DNA from: Psammoneis japonica | Taxonomy: Eukaryota | Length of the DNA stretch: 46,143 nt | Reading direction: 5' to 3' | Assembly (NCBI GenBank): GCA_008632985.1 | Contig: QPGO01000225.1 | Span: 62,001-108,143 of the forward strand | Part shown: positions 1-12,740 of the stretch, piece after piece | Position numbering within the stretch: the first letter of the stretch is position 1 | Layout of the letters: each line of letters opens with the position of its first letter | The notes under the pieces: generated by a model | Database searches by the model: none | Seen by the model: only the letters and a program-made list of their open reading frames with translations | What the model was told of the DNA's origin: nothing | Made by a program: the position numbers and the translations under genes

Positions 1-699
1 GAACAGGATCCCAATGCCACACAATGTGAGACACCTTTAGCCATCTGGTGCAAGGTTCACTTTCAAGCTGCAAGCATTGGAGCATCTTGACCATCCATGG
101 GAACTTTGGGGTGGCCTTCAATGCAGCAATGCAATTGGCACAACAGTGCATGGACCAGAGTTGAGCAAACATTTCAAGGATGCATTCACCCCTTGGCATG
201 CCAATGACTCTGCAGCAGCAGGAAAATTCAACATCCTGCTGATTTTTTCTTGAGAAACTCTCCAAGCCAAAGGCCCCAGGCATGGATGCTGCCCTGCTGT
301 CAACTCCAATGACATCCTGACAGTCCCAGAGTGCAACTTGGAAAAAACACCAGCGCAACATTCTGCCAGTGCCAATCGGTGAGATCTTGGCTGATGACAA
401 CCACCCAAGAGTTGCCCCATCTGCCATCCCAATCAAAATTTTTGGGGCTGTTCATCTGTCATCCCATGGAGTCTGCAGCTCACAACTGCAAAGCAAGTGC
501 TCTCACATGCTCTCCCATGTGATCAAGTCACTCCATGGCTGATCCCAGCCCTCTTCCACAGTCCACTGGGACACACTGCATGCAAAGTGAAATGAGAAGC
601 AGCCAAATGAAAAGTTGAAACACACGAGGAGACCCTCAAAATGACTCTCAGGACTCTGCCAGACCTCAAGGCCAGAGCTGTCAAGCACAGCAGTGTGAC

Positions 700-1200
700 T
701 GTCAGTGCACCCGTCAACACTGAATTGCACGGAACTGTCGCGCCAAGAGTTCTGCAATGCGCTCTTCTTTTTGTGGCATGGCGGCACTCCGCCAGACCTC
801 TCTGAGCACTGCAATCTGATTGGCAAGGCTTGCAAACCTTCCCACACATGCAATGAACCTCTCATCAACCCCGCTGGTTGTTGCATCTCAGGAAGCCCAC
901 ACACCTTCTCTCCAACAAGTCCAAAGATGGCAATCACAAAAATCTTCTTGCCATGAGATTTTAGGACAGAAAGACAGACATGGTGTTGGGCATTCACGCT
1001 CCTGATGAGGGCAAAGTCTTGCCTGTCTGAAACACCAGAAGAGGTCCTGGCAATGCTGTGGCTGGCGTGGCACCCCCAGAGCATTGTAGAGACAATTTTT
1101 GCTTCTTCTCATCTTGGGGCTGCCCACTCTGGCATGCACTGGCGGTGCCCCCCCCCACCAAGCACCACAGCGTGGCAAGACATTGCCACACTGGTGACAA
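700..1200 (+). pseudogene. possible degenerate tyrosine recombinase remnant (DIRS/Ngaro/Crypton-like)
   Basis: Fragments in different frames: ALFFLWHGG (like FFxxRxGE), ILGQKDRHG (like FxxQKN), and SSHL-GAATLACTGGA across a 1-bp shift near 1105-1150 (like HSxRxGAATxAY). Heavily eroded. Confidence 0.3.
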
Positions 1201-4200
1201 CACAAGTGACCAAGATCAAGGGAAGGCATCTTTCTTTGCACTGGCTTGGTTCATTTTGCTGCCACAGCAAGCAAGGCCCCGCTGGCTTGAGTGGAAGATT
1301 CTGGGTTCCCTCTTCTCAATTTTTCTGTGGATCCCCATCTTGCTCTGGCTGATTGTCACATCCATGAATGACACAAGAACAGTCTGATTCCATTGCTTCC
1401 CATCTTGCATGGTTTTAACTCTCATGATCATGGATCACGCATGTCCTCCACCCCCTGCACTTTTGCATCAACTGGCAATGACAACAATGTTGCCCCTGAT
1501 GAAGTGAGGATTGCCAATGAGCACAAGCACCCAGCTGAGGTGCAAGGTGGTTGAGGCAACATGGAACAAAACAACTCAGATGAACAAGAAGAAGAGTGCT
1601 TGATTGAGCAGCTTGTGTGGGAAGATTTGAGGAGCAACATCTTTGAAATGGTTAAAAAGGTGACCAAGAAACCATGCCATCCAACCAGTGAAGGAAATGT
1701 CCGCTGTTTTGCCAACCTCAAAGATTTTTTATTTTGTTGCCCGGGCAATCATGCTGGGCTTGCTTTTGCAATGTCTGGGAAAATGTGCATTGTGATGATT
1801 TGGCTGTCATTAAAATTGCCTTGACACATGTCTTGTTTGCAACCCAAGACCAAGAACCAACTCAAAAAATGCCACAGTGCCGTGCACTGCACACCATCAA
1901 TTCTTTGAACTTTTCTCATCTCATCCACTTGCAAGATTCTCAAGGACATCAACATGCACATTTGTGGGGAGTTTGCTGTCATTGTTCTGACACATGGACC
2001 AAGTGCTGTTGCTGCCACAGTGCACCAGGAGGAACAGAATGCTCAAGGAAATCCTGGAATCAATTTCCAGCACTCCTGATGACTGTTGAGCAAATTGAAA
2101 GCCATTTCAACAACAGTGGCAGACATGGCCATTTGCAGTGCTGTGCATGAATCAACACTGTCCAAAAATCAAAACATCCGTGAGCTTCGTGCCACATTGT
2201 CAACTCCGTGCAACATTGAGCCACAATCAATTTTTTTCATCTTTGTGCAACCACACAAAAACAGACCCTCATCTGCAATTTGACAAGCAGCTTTTCGTGG
2301 TCCAATCAAAAGCAGTGTGTGGATGTGGCACGGAAGAGCTGGCACTCACAAGTGCACAGACAAAGTGGTGTTGTCACATCAGCATGATGGTTGTGTTTGC
2401 ACAGCTGGCAGCTGACCTCTGTGATCTGTGACAGCTGCTGCCAGCAGTGCAGAGAGCTGCCACTCCAGCTGCTCCTGCAGCAGCAGCTGGAGTGGAGCTG
2501 CTCTCCACCAGCTGGTCATCTGCACAGATGGCACATTTGGGCAAAACATGCTGTCAATGTGATGCCCCAGTCCAAAATGCCACCACTCTTTTTCCAATGA
2601 TCCCCAGCTGTTTTTCCGTTGATGGAACTTTGTCAAACATTGCCGGGCATGTGGGCACATGAAACACACAAGGAAAAATCAATTTGCAGCATCGTTCCAA
2701 GGCTTCTGAATGCACAACAAACGTGTTCATCACAGTTGGGGGCCACAAATCAATTGCTGGCACACTTTTTTCATGTGAAAACATGCAGTTTTGTGTGCTG
2801 TCTTGTGGAATCGGTGCCAGAAATGCCACAACCAGAAACAGCACACATGCTGTCATGCCATCCATGTGGACAACCACTGGCCAGCTCTGCTGGAGCAGAG
2901 AGCACAGAGAGAGCTCTGACAGCAGCATCCACAGGAGCAGAGCTGCTTGCAGCAGCTGTGACATGTCACAAAGACTGCCAAGAAACCACCATCAACCACC
3001 ATCAATGACTCACACCAATCACAGATCAAGAAACAAATGAGATTGGAGGTCTGGGGTTCAAAGCAAGAATGGAGCCCCACTTCTGTTCTTGTTTCATGCA
3101 ACTTGTTCTTGATGAGTCTTTGCACCATTTTCATCTGTGTTGGGTCCAGCACAAATGCGGGTCACTTCTTGTTTCTTTGCAGCTCTTTTGTTGATTGTCA
3201 AGTGGAGTGGTTTTTGTTCTCACAATTTAGAGATTGGTCAATTCACACCTCTCAAGATGTCCATTTTGCCATTTCATTCTCTGTGGTGCAAACCCACAGA
3301 GCAGCAGCTGCAGCGCAGCTGGCTTTTGCCACCAAAGGCACAGATTTGTCCCAGCGTCAATGTTTTTGCAACACCAGCAAGACACACTTCACTGTGTTGC
3401 AACTTCATTGTTTCAGCCCCTTCATTTTTTCATTGCAACAAACAAAGAATGTTGAAGTGTGTCAGCAGGCACTTGTCCTCCACTCATGAAAGCTTTGCCG
3501 CACCTGTTCCCCCATGTGTCAGCTTGCTCTGTCAAGGGCACAAGGAAGGTTGGACTGTGTGCTGATGATGGCCACCAGACACTTTCCAGGTGGACTGCAC
3601 AGCAGTGCACAACCCTGGACCCAGCAGCAAGGCCACTTTCCTGTGTTTGTGGGCTGCTTGCAGTTGACAGCTGATTGCACAGAAGTGCACAGTGGAAAAC
3701 GTGACTTCCAGCATTGCAGGTGCTGCAGGTGCTGCAGGACAAGTCCTTGGGACCAACAAGTTGCAACATGACTGGCCATCATGTAAATGACTTGCTCTGT
3801 GTGAAGGTTCTGTGCAGGGTGCATGTGCTCAGTGCCAAATGTGACCACTGTCACACAGAGATTTAGTTTCCACATGTCCAGCCATTGCACCTGGTCTTGT
3901 GACATCTTCCATCACAACAAACTGTTGTGCTTCAAGCACTTGGGCCTGTCCCTGCACATGTCAAGAGATGAGATGATCTCTCTGACCAAGATCTTCTCTT
4001 GCTCTTTCTTGCTCCAGAGCACATGCATTGTCCACTGCAACCAGTTTGCAGGGGGAGCTCTTGGCTTGTCCTCACTCATGCCACAGGTGTGGCACTTTGA
4101 TGCAGTCAGCATTGAACCAGCTGAGGACTTGAGCACAGCAGAAAGATTTGTTTGGCTGTCCACACTCTGGACATTTGTGAAAGCCCATCCTTGCAAGTGT

Positions 4201-4429
4201 TCCTTTTTTTGAAAATGCTCTGCACACAAAGCATGCATGCTTTGTGCATCACCAAAGGTCATGCTTTGTGTGTGTTTACTTTTGCTCTCTGTTGAAGCAG
4301 GCATCCGCAGTGACACTGATTTTGCAGAAGCACCCAGTGGAAAATGTGTCTCCCAGCACCTGCATGAGAGGCTTGTTGCTGCAACAAAGACAAGAAGACC
4401 AAAACAAAGAAAAGCTTCAAGGAGGAAAT

Positions 4430-4740
4430 GAAGTTGTTCTGTCAGTCATTGATGAGCAGCAACTTGCACAATGCAACATTCAAAGATGCCAAGGAAAAGA
4501 TTGTCAGCCATGTGCAGAAAGAGCATGGTCAAGGCACATGTCTGGAAAGGTCTCCAGAAGACATGACACATGCAAGTTTTGTTGGTGAGAGACCTGCATT
4601 GGAGATGACAACAACAACAGCAAAAGCACCCAGTGGTGCAATTTGCCAGAGACAGGCAAATGAGAGAGTGCGTGAAAAGAAAGACAGCTTGAGTGTGAGC
4701 ACAAGATCAAGTTGCATGACTGCAATGAGAAAGTGAAGAA
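4430..4740 (+). pseudogene. possible LTR-retrotransposon gag remnant
   Basis: NATFKDAKEKIVSHVQKEHGQG..ERSPEDM resembles the N-terminal Gag region of diatom Copia-type elements as I recall them. No zinc knuckle seen. Confidence 0.3.
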
Positions 4741-4786
4741 GCTTTGTCAGAGAGGCAAGAAAGGGCACATCAGTCACAGGACATTG

Positions 4787-5260
4787 TTTGGCACTTTGAC
4801 CTGGTGAGCGTGCTTTTGCGTTGGCCCATCTCTGATTGAAATGCATGCTCCCTTGCAGCATTGGCAGCTGACCTTTCACATTTTTGTTCTGCAAGGACAC
4901 AACCATTGCTTTGCAACCAAATTGTTTTGTGCTTCAGATGTTTGCTCAAGTGCTTGTGCAACAACAGTCACAACAGCCCAGCACCAACTCACTCAATCAA
5001 ACATTTGCAGTTGCAGCACTTGGGCCATCATTTGGCACTTTGACCTGGCCAGTGTGCTTTTGCATGGCCCATCTCTGATTGAAATGCATGCTCATTTGCA
5101 GCATTGGAAGTTGACCTTTTGCGTTTGCATTTCACATTTTTGTTCTGCAAGGATGCAGCCATTGCCTTGCGACCAAATTGTTTTGTGCTTTGGATCCCAA
5201 TGCAAGTGCTTGTGCAATGACAGTCGCAACAGCCCAGCATCATTTCGCTCAATCAAACAT
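4787..5260. repeat. diverged tandem duplication, two copies of ~220-230 bp (4787-5004, 5031-5260)
   Basis: Both copies start tttggcactttgacctgg and end ctcaatcaaacat, and share gcccatctctgattgaaatgcatgctc and tttcacatttttgttctgcaagga. Confidence 0.9.
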
Positions 5261-6929
5261 GCGCAATTGCACTTTTGTGTTGCCACAGACACTTGCAATC
5301 AGCATTTTTTGAAGGTGTCAATGAAATTTTTGCACTCAATGTTCACACATTGGATGTTGACATGCTCAGTTGTCAGGGCAATGCCCAGAGCAAGGCAAGC
5401 ACAGATCCACTTGGTCTGTTGTGTGAAGCAACTTGCACTGCATTTTTTGGTCCTCACTGCAACACTTCTGTGCGAAATTTTCTGGCTGTCAACTTTTTCT
5501 GACTTTGGCAAAGTTCAAGCAATGTGGACAGAAGGTGCGTTCCCATGAACCCACTTGGTCAGCTGCACAAAGCAACTTCCATTGCAACATTTTGTCCTTG
5601 CTGCAAGACTTCTGTGTGAAAAATTTTTGCTTCATTTCAACTGATGTCATGGGGTGAGATTTTTGCATGCCCCGCAGGTGGCGTGGAGAAATCTCCCAAC
5701 CACCATGATGACTCCCTTTTGACTCTGCTCAAATTGTTCCATCATGACAGAAGTGTGCAAGCTTTTCCTGGCCCTTTTGGAGCAACTGGGAAAGTGAAAG
5801 AGGAGCCACCACAGAAAGACACAGATGACACCTTTTTGATGCACTGTTGTCAGGCAGAGGTGGTGCAGCCAGTCATGAGTCATGATGGAGTGCCCTGCTT
5901 TGTGTTTTTGTGTTGTGTCTGTGTGCAGGAATGCACACACTTGGATCTTGGACAGTTCCTGCATAAAAAGTGTGCCAGCTGATCTCTGGACTGCCCCTCT
6001 TGAGTGCTCACATGCAAGTGTGGACTTTTAAAAATGAAGCCACATGGGAAATGTCTCCAAAAACTGCTGAATTTTTGCAAAGCCATTGTTGTCAAATGTG
6101 TCTGCAGATGAAACATGAGCCAACATGTTTTGTGCTGTTTGAGGCCATGTGCACAAAAACAAAACTTGCTTGCATGATCATGGCAGTTGATTGGAAAGGT
6201 GGGCATTGTGCCATCTGTGCACAATGTGATTTGAGCGAGATCTGGTGCTGTTGCCACATCATCAGCAACAGTGTTTTGGTTGTCCTCTTGGGCAAAATGT
6301 TGCGGTCATCTGCAAGTTGGTGGTTGGCACTTGGTCTTGGCAGTGGCAGCCCAACTCAAGTGAAGCCATTTGTTTTTGCAGAGGGACATGCCAATGCCAT
6401 CATTTCACTGGGGATGCCTGGATCTGATCTGGGATGAAGGGATGCATGATCCTCTTAGCCAACGGTGAGCCCCCAGTGTCTCAGTGATGCTCATTCTTGC
6501 ACTGACATGGTTGCATGCCTCTGAGCATGGCTTTTGCCATTTGTCAGCAGCTGGGCTTGAAGAGATCACACACAATGCTGCTTTGGCCTCTTTGCCAAGC
6601 AGCCCATCACACAACAAGACAAAGGGAGCAAAATGGTGTCATTCCTCAAGTTGAGATGCTCGCACTTCTTCTCTCACTCTGTGAGTTGCTGGAGTTGCCT
6701 CTGGGCTTCCTGAGGTGTGACCAACAGTGGGATTGATGAGGTGCTTGTTGCGCACACAGGAGAGCTTGTGAGCCTTGTTTCTAACCAGGTTGCACAGGTC
6801 TTCATGCACTTTGTCATGTCATGAGATGACTGGACCACCCTTCTTGCACCAAAGGGTGTGGCAGCACTTGGGGAGATTGGGGGGAATGCTGCCATGCTGC
6901 AACATGCTGTGCACAGCTCCAATGATCTG

Positions 6930-7330
6930 GGTGCAGAGGGCTCTCTCTGTCCCTTCTCAATGACCACAAATGGCCAGAGCAGGTTGGGCTCAATGTTTGC
7001 CAACAACTTTGTCATGATCCAATCTTCACCATGCTTGGGTTCTGGCAGCAAAGTCCAAGTGAATGCATTTTGCACACAAGCACTCATCACATCACACTTT
7101 TCCATGGCACCAGTTGTGTGACAGCTGTCAGCATTCTTCCTTCCAACAGTGCCATGAGGCTGGCTTGCTTGTCTTTGGCTGGCCACTCCTCTGTTGGTTT
7201 GCCGCTGTGAGCCACTCCCCCTTTTGTGTGACCATTTGTTCTCTGCTGGAAACACCAGAACAGCAACCATGGCCTTGGTCCTTTCACTCAGAGCCACATC
7301 TTTGATGAATGCTGGTGCAAAATGCACTCA
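6930..7330 (-). mobile_element. Ty1/Copia (CoDi-type) reverse transcriptase fragment, degenerate
   Basis: GHTKGGVAHSGKPTEEW..DKQASLMALLEGRMLTAV (like KGRxVYNGKPTREW..ASPT..ESIxLTAV), then after a frameshift DVMSACVQNAFTWT.LP..KHGEDWIM (like DVMTxDVPNAFIQ..GEERIIM). Confidence 0.8.
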
Positions 7331-7369
7331 GTTGTGGAGCTGTCTGACTGACTTCTTTCTTTGAGGCTC

Positions 7370-8040
7370 CATGCAAGCTGCTTTGGTCTGCCACTTTTTT
7401 AAAGAATGTCTGAAGAGAGTCTGTGGTGCCAGATTTTTGAAAATGCAACCAGCTTCTTTGTGAGCAGTCTCAAGTCCTGTGCACAAAAATTGCTTCACTT
7501 TGAGGAAAGAGCTGCCGCCATCACACACCCAAGCTTGATGACGTGGAAGTTGCTTGGGCAGTGACCAGCTTTGAAGCCAAGGAAAAGAACAAAAAGCAGC
7601 AAGTGACAGCACACTGCAAAAGGCACCTTGAGCACGAGGGAGTGCACGCAAAAGCAACCAGCTTCTTGTGCCCCCAAAATTGCCCAGGGAGGGTGGCTGG
7701 ACCTCCTTGGGTGGCAGAGCATCTTGATCCATTCACCCTCATGTGACATGTGACGTCATCAGCCAATGACCAACAACGTCCCTTTCAACTTGACGCAATG
7801 GCGGAGACAAAAAAAACTGCTCAAGACTTTGAAAGAATTGCCATCATGCAATGACCAAGCTGTGCACTGCGTTGGTTTGTTGCCATTCAAAAAATGTCTG
7901 AAGAAAGTCTCTGCATGTCGAAAGGCTCGTGGCACCCAATTTATGAAAGCACAACTGACTTCTTCATGAGCAGACTCAAATCGTGCATGCAAAAATTGCT
8001 TGAGTTCAAAAGAACTGCCTTCATCACATGCCAAGACCAC
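7370..8040. repeat. diverged direct repeat, ~7370-7550 and ~7855-8040
   Basis: Shared blocks aatgtctgaaga.agtct, cttct...tgagcag.ctcaa, caaaaattgctt and ccatcaca/tcatcaca. Confidence 0.7.
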
Positions 8041-9438
8041 GAGCTGTGTCAGTCTTCCATCTTTTAAAACAATGCCCAAAGAAAGTCTCTGCACATCGAA
8101 GTGCTCATGGCGTCGGATGTTTGAAGACACTCCCATGGAGCGTTGCACTTTTCAGTCTGGCCAGTTGGTTTTTCCATGCAATTTCTGCATGGCACGTAAA
8201 ATTCTACGTGGCCTTGGCACTTGCACAAAGCTCCTCACGATGTGTCGCTCCCCGCTGATGCTTGCCATGGCACCGATGCATTGTCATTTGTTGCACAGTG
8301 CTGAACAGGATTTGGTCAACTTCCACGCAACGGGGTTCACACAAAAGCGACAAATCACAGGAGCAAAATGCAACTGCCAAGGGAGAGAATCTTTAAGTGT
8401 CAAAACTGAGCTGACTTTGCAGAAGCAGCGGCCATCAAATTTGCTGCATGCAGATCCCCACCTTTCCATCTTCATTGAGCATGACAATGGAACAGGCCAC
8501 TGGGCACATTTCGCCATTCTTGTTGAAATGACATGATTCTGCAATCATGCGATCGCCCAAGGCTCCCAGACAATTGTTTTCAAAAGGCTGGGAATCCAAA
8601 ATGAAGCAGACAAGACAAATGGCTGAGCATTCTTGGAGAGCCAACAAGAATGGATGGCCCAAGCACCAATCAGAAATCAGACGCTTCTTGGAAAAGCTTC
8701 CAGAAGGCACTTGCCAAAAGCAGACACAAGCACAAATGAAATTTGTCAAAAAGCATGTTGCACCTCCCTTCCAACAACCAGCTCCACACTGAGAAGAACC
8801 TTTTGTGTGCTGCCTTTAAAGAACTTGGTGCAAGAACATCCTGCAGGCAACAATTTGGTCGGTCTGGCATCCCTTTGAACGGAGATGCACATGCTGTTGA
8901 AACCTTTGGCAGGACGTGGGAAAAGAATGTGAAGGAGCATCTCATCCATCAATCCAGAACAAGCCCAAGTCTCTGCATGCTTGGGTTGGTCAAGTGTTGT
9001 TTCCAGGCATCCCAAATCCAGGTGCAACAAAGAGGAGTGTGTTGCATCAACTTGAAAGACTTCAACTTCACTCCTCTGTCCAATGTTGTTGACATGTCGA
9101 AAGACAAGGCAAAACAAGGGGCAAGAGCTGACACCACAAGAGCAAAAGACGTCAAAGGAATGACGAGCCACAAAACAAAGAACACCTCCCAAGCCGGGAG
9201 TGGTTTGAAGACACAACCAGCTTCTGCATGAGCAGCCATCGAACCCCGAGTCACGACTCCTCGTGAATGAATTTTGATCCTTTCGACTCGACTCTCCTCA
9301 ATTGGTTGAGTCACGACTCGTGAATGATTGATGACCCATTCGACTCGACGCAATGGTGGATTCAAAAACTGCTCAAGACTTTGAAAGAACTGCCATCATG
9401 CAATGACCAAGCTGTGCCCTGTGTCGGTTTGTCGCCAT
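7784..9438. repeat. ~100-bp dispersed direct repeat, 7784-7886 and 9339-9438
   Basis: aaaaactgctcaagactttgaaagaa.tgccatcatgcaatgaccaagctgtgc occurs in both. The left copy has ttcaacttgac where the right has ttcgactcgac. Confidence 0.85.
9248..9350. repeat. two tandem ~60-bp units containing the hairpin motif GAGTC-AC-GACTC
   Basis: gagtcacgactc at 9248 and 9308, each followed by cgtgaatga and later ttcgactcgac. Confidence 0.8.
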
Positions 9439-9439
9439 A

Positions 9440-12290
9440 GTCTCTGACATATTGTGTTGATTCGTTGTATTGTGGATGACATAGACTTAGTATGTGTCGG
9501 ATTTCATTGACGACTGGACGAGCATTCTCAAAGCCCTCCTCCGACAATCTACCATGCCGGTGCATCCGCCACCGTTCTAAAAAGCTGTACACGTGAGCTT
9601 CAAGATGATGAAACTTCAGGAACACACTTACCCAAGATCTCGGTCTGTTGGTTTCTTTTGGGATTTCAGAATCTTTTTGATGCTGCAAGCAAAGGCCGCG
9701 CAACTTTTTCAGAGCTCTCCATCACCTGGCTCTGTTGAAGCATCATGTAAGTTTTGATGCTGGTCATACCATGCATGGCACTGCGCCACATTCTCACAAA
9801 TGGTGTCTCACTTTTCTGAGCTGTCATTCCGTCTGCGTGGCTCAACTCGTAACCGCTGTGCTCAGCGCGAAACCTCACCTGCACCAAAACCTCAAAGCTC
9901 TTGTTGTGTACAAACTCACCTCTCCCTTTTGGCTTCATGCTATTCTTGGAGCAATGTGATTGCACAGATGAGACAAATCGAGTAAGTCCCTCCTGCAACC
10001 TATGCTCCTGTCCCAAGTTCGTCATCACGGTAGCATGATGGCATGCTGCAATTCTTCTCGGAGTCCATGTACATTGTTTCTTCATCTTGGTTCCCACTTG
10101 CCATTTCCCTCTCAAAATCCTTTTCTAATTTCCTTTGGGACTTAACATACTGACTTGAATTCCGTCTCGCCTTGAGCCATCCTGGACACTTCTCCTGATG
10201 CGATTCTCTGCCGCGGCATGTTCACGTTCGACCTCAGCGCTCCACGCTGAATTCTTTTCAATGAAACAAATGCGCTTCCTGATTTCATCAGCAAAATGAG
10301 TGAAAACGCCTTGTGGTGTGTGCATGGCTGTCATCGTTTCCTTGTGAGGTGGCACTCTCAAAAGCGGAGCCTTGTGAACGCTTCCGCATTCAAGTCTGTC
10401 TTCTTTGTTGGATGACGGTACGTTGCCGTTGTGGGTGCGTTCGGCCCACTTTTGGTAAAGCAAGTGATTGGCAAAGTCTCCTTCACGTACAGGGGCTGGT
10501 GTGCATTCGACTGTCACTATCTTATTTTCGACATCCATTTCTTGTATCCATTTGGGGGCGTGGCTTGTAAAGTAAATGTGATCTTCCGCGCAAATCAGTT
10601 ACATTGATTGGATGCAGTACCTTGGCCAGAAACTATCAACGACTGCTTTGTATCGTTGCTCGGAAACCCAACTTTTTGCTGGAATGTCACATTGATGTTT
10701 GCGTTGTCCCCAACTACGAGTTTACCTTCTTCGAATTCATGGCGACACACAATTGGCCCGGTGGCACCGACGGAAAGTCTGAAGCCGTCACAGTCACTAG
10801 AAGTTTCACTGAACTTTACAAACGTGGCAATGAGCTCAATCTTGCTCCCTGTGGCAGTCGTGTAGCTTGACAGATCCAACGTGTCAGGCTGTTCTTCATT
10901 TCTTCTTCCTCTGCCGGCAGAGCGGCATTTGAAAAGGAGGCGTCGACTGCAATGCTGTCAAACGTCAATGAACATTCACCGTCACTGGAAGAGGCGATAA
11001 ACTTGATGGAAGCGCATTTGCAACAGCTGCATCCATTGCCGGCGTCGAATGTGATGATGTGGAGGGCATCGTCCACCAGATCTTGCAAGAATGCTGTCAT
11101 TGGAAACATCACAATACTGTAGGCAGAGGCTCGACGGCTGAACTCGCATTCCGCTGCACACTCGTACTGGCACTGGGGCTGGCAATTTGTCCCTTTATTT
11201 CCGTCTCTGTGATTCGCTATTCGAATCAAAAGGGTGAATGCATCACCTCCTTTGTCACCGCCGAATACTACGACGAGTTCGTTCGTTTCGGAACTGAAGG
11301 ATTCGGATTCCTCGAATTTGCCAGCAACGTGGCATACCTCGGTGAGCTTCTCCAAAACCCGTCGCGGTTGCTTTATCCACCAAAAGCCCTTAAAGCTTTT
11401 TTTGTTTCCATTCTTGTCTATGATCACGGGTTTTAGAGTTGCTCCATGCGCCAAACTCCCTTCTGATTCACATCGTGAGATTATCTTCTTCAGCTGGGTA
11501 GAGAATATTCGAATGTTGAGATGAGCCTGGATAAACCTACTGTCCAGCCGCAGCACTCCGTTTAGACTCATCTTAACGTAGTCCCTAAGCGCTGTGACCT
11601 TTGACTCATCGAGCACGAGATCTTGTGTGCTACATAGAGCATAATCGAAACTGCTTGCAACCAGTTTCAAAAGGGCATGGTCCTCATCGCTGCTCTCTTC
11701 AAGCAATTCAATTACTTGGTTGACTGTCTTTGTTTTCGCTGCAGGTTTTCGTGGTTTTGGCAGCACTGCGTAAAGTCTCTTAGTTTTGCGATTTGCCTTG
11801 TCTAGGACGGTCAACTTCGTGATTGCATTTCCTGTCTTATCGGACAATGATTGCAGAACTGGATGGGCAAGTGCCTGCAGTTCTACAAATGGCAGAAAAT
11901 CCTTCTCAGTGCACACTGTCGCAAGCAACTGTGTTACCATGCCAGCTGCAGGAGAGGAGGGGAAACCCATTTGATCCTTGTTGCAAGCAACGACAAGATT
12001 GCAAGTGCACAATTTGATGAAGTTGGGGTGAAATTGTTCTCATCCCTGAGTTCCAGCATGGTGATGAAGAACGCACCAGAACAATCACCAAGTCTGAGCA
12101 TTGGGAATCTTGCAAGAAGCTTGTTCAAGCAACAATTTCAAATTCTTAGTGAGCACCAAGTCAAATGCCTTCTTGGAGATGTCGAGCTGCTCCAGAAGTG
12201 TGACAGCCTTGGGGAAGCGATTTTTTTGTTTCTTGTTGAGCTTGGGGAGGCCACCACAGTTTCCCAGGTTAAAACTCCCTGCCCTTGATT
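9440..12290 (-). mobile_element. RAG1/Transib/Chapaev-like DDE transposase pseudogene (frameshifted)
   Basis: Consecutive minus-strand ORFs 10816-12012, 10595-10879, 10125-10538, 9666-10115 and 9362-9703 give, in order, VVVFGGDKGG (D1), SNDTK (D2), MHTPQG (like LHxxLG) and KFHHLEAHV..F..RW...GRLSEEGFE (like KxHxL..H...G..SEExxE, catalytic E). Confidence 0.7.
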
Positions 12291-12740
12291 CTTTTCATGT
12301 GAGCAATGAAAGGCTCCAACCAAGCCTCTGTCTCTGTGCCAAAACAAGCCACAAAAAATGTGTTGGTCAGCTGCAGAAAGATTTTCAAAACAGGGTTCCA
12401 AAAAAGTGTCAGTGGCAGCCACAATGTTCTTGCTTCCAACACTTGGTCAAGGCTTCCCATGTGAGCCAACATGTGTCAAGGTTCCTGTGCAGGGCCATCA
12501 CACTGAGTGTTCTCACACCTTTGCCCAACATCTTGCCATGGCTTTCACTCATCAGTCAATGCAATTGCAGTGTGTTTTGCTCACAGATTTTGCACTCTCC
12601 CTCCAATCATCTTCAAGTGACACAAAACAATTTTGGTCACATGATTCAATGCCAATGCCATCACCTCACACAGAACTTGAACTGTGGTGTGCTAAAAAGA
12701 TGTGTTTTTGGCAAAAAAGAAAAGCATTCTGTTGCCTGTG

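Larger units (their letters stand above)
1..9400. other. CpG- and TpA-depleted, TpG/CpA-enriched hypermutated repeat block A
   Basis: By eye TA and CG are nearly absent in 1-7750. In 7750-9400 TA stays rare while CG partly returns. ORF-track translations almost lack Tyr, are rich in Cys/His/Gln, and end in TGA. Confidence 0.9.

Noticed and set aside
1500..4400. Probable further eroded coding relics (also 5300-6500, 8000-9230, 19600-21900, 22867-23820)
   Set aside because: Too degraded to assign to a family by eye.
118..9365. Dozens of overlapping 60-240 aa ORFs as real genes
   Set aside because: They are explained by the absence of TAA/TAG. They are Tyr-free, occur in all frames and have no coherent domains beyond the TE relics listed.
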